A stretch of 64,000 nt of DNA from Phoronis australis (Eukaryota > Animalia > Phoronida), in assembly GCA_002633005.1 (NCBI GenBank), contig NMRA01000149.1:254192-318191 (forward strand), given 5' to 3'. The notes beneath the pieces were generated by a model. It had not been told where the DNA came from. It searched no databases and saw only the letters and a list, made by a program, of their open reading frames with translations. A program made the translations under genes and the position numbers. Position 1 is the stretch's first letter; each line of letters opens with the position of its first letter. Below are positions 63,525-64,000 of this stretch, in pieces.

Positions 63525-64000
63525 CATATCTATTTGTTATTGCTTCGGACATACGGCATACGGACGGCAAGTCGTGTGACTTTCAAGCTGGAGAATGATT
63601 GGCCGTATGACTGAAGCTCGCACATGAAACACATTCGATGGGAAATTTGAGACATTACGAAAATACCCGAGATACTCCGAATGCGACGCGGCGACGATGG
63701 TGGGTTAAGAAACAAGTAGTCGATAACAAGGTGACCCTATCGATCTGGTCAACCGCCACGCTTACGTGGTCGCGCCCTACTTCGTTATTTCGAACTGTTT
63801 TGTCCTTCTGTTGCAACACACACCGAACAACAGCATCATGACCGTGAAAAGACAAAGATACATGTGAACCTGCTTCACCACGAATCTTTGTCGCCGGTGT
63901 TCATAAATATTCGTGCTGATAATTTATGTTCGAGTTGTGAAAGCATATTTTTGTGTGCATGATGATGTTCCGGTCTATTTCAGTAGTTTGTGAGGTGATT

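Overview
Animal (invertebrate-like) nuclear DNA with spliceosomal introns, many TEs and assembly gaps (N at 7638-7678, 39178-39185, 43340, 60854). No prokaryotic operons, rRNA or CRISPR. Manual splicing gives four protein genes. (1) A complete 8-exon PIPOX/sarcosine-oxidase-like gene on the minus strand (62916->23858, 386 aa) with a 23.2-kb intron 6. (2) An intronless FKRP/LicD-family phosphotransferase nested antisense in that intron (40828-42615). (3) A minus-strand type I membrane protein with an unusual layout: IgV, IgC-like, furin site, 18 Notch-type EGF repeats in one 2.1-kb exon, TM, short tail (core 15945->8843; probable 5' exons to 20603). (4) A Ser-rich disordered ORF (5530-6766). 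TEs include a CR1/L2-group LINE with a 2A-like peptide and PHD finger, a Tx1/L1 remnant, Kolobok-type elements and THAP relics, Harbinger/hAT-like MITEs, a probable solo LTR, a Helentron-like end, and two Penelope-type hammerhead ribozyme motifs, one apparently intact. All gene models and family calls come from reading by eye and need RNA-seq or HMM confirmation.
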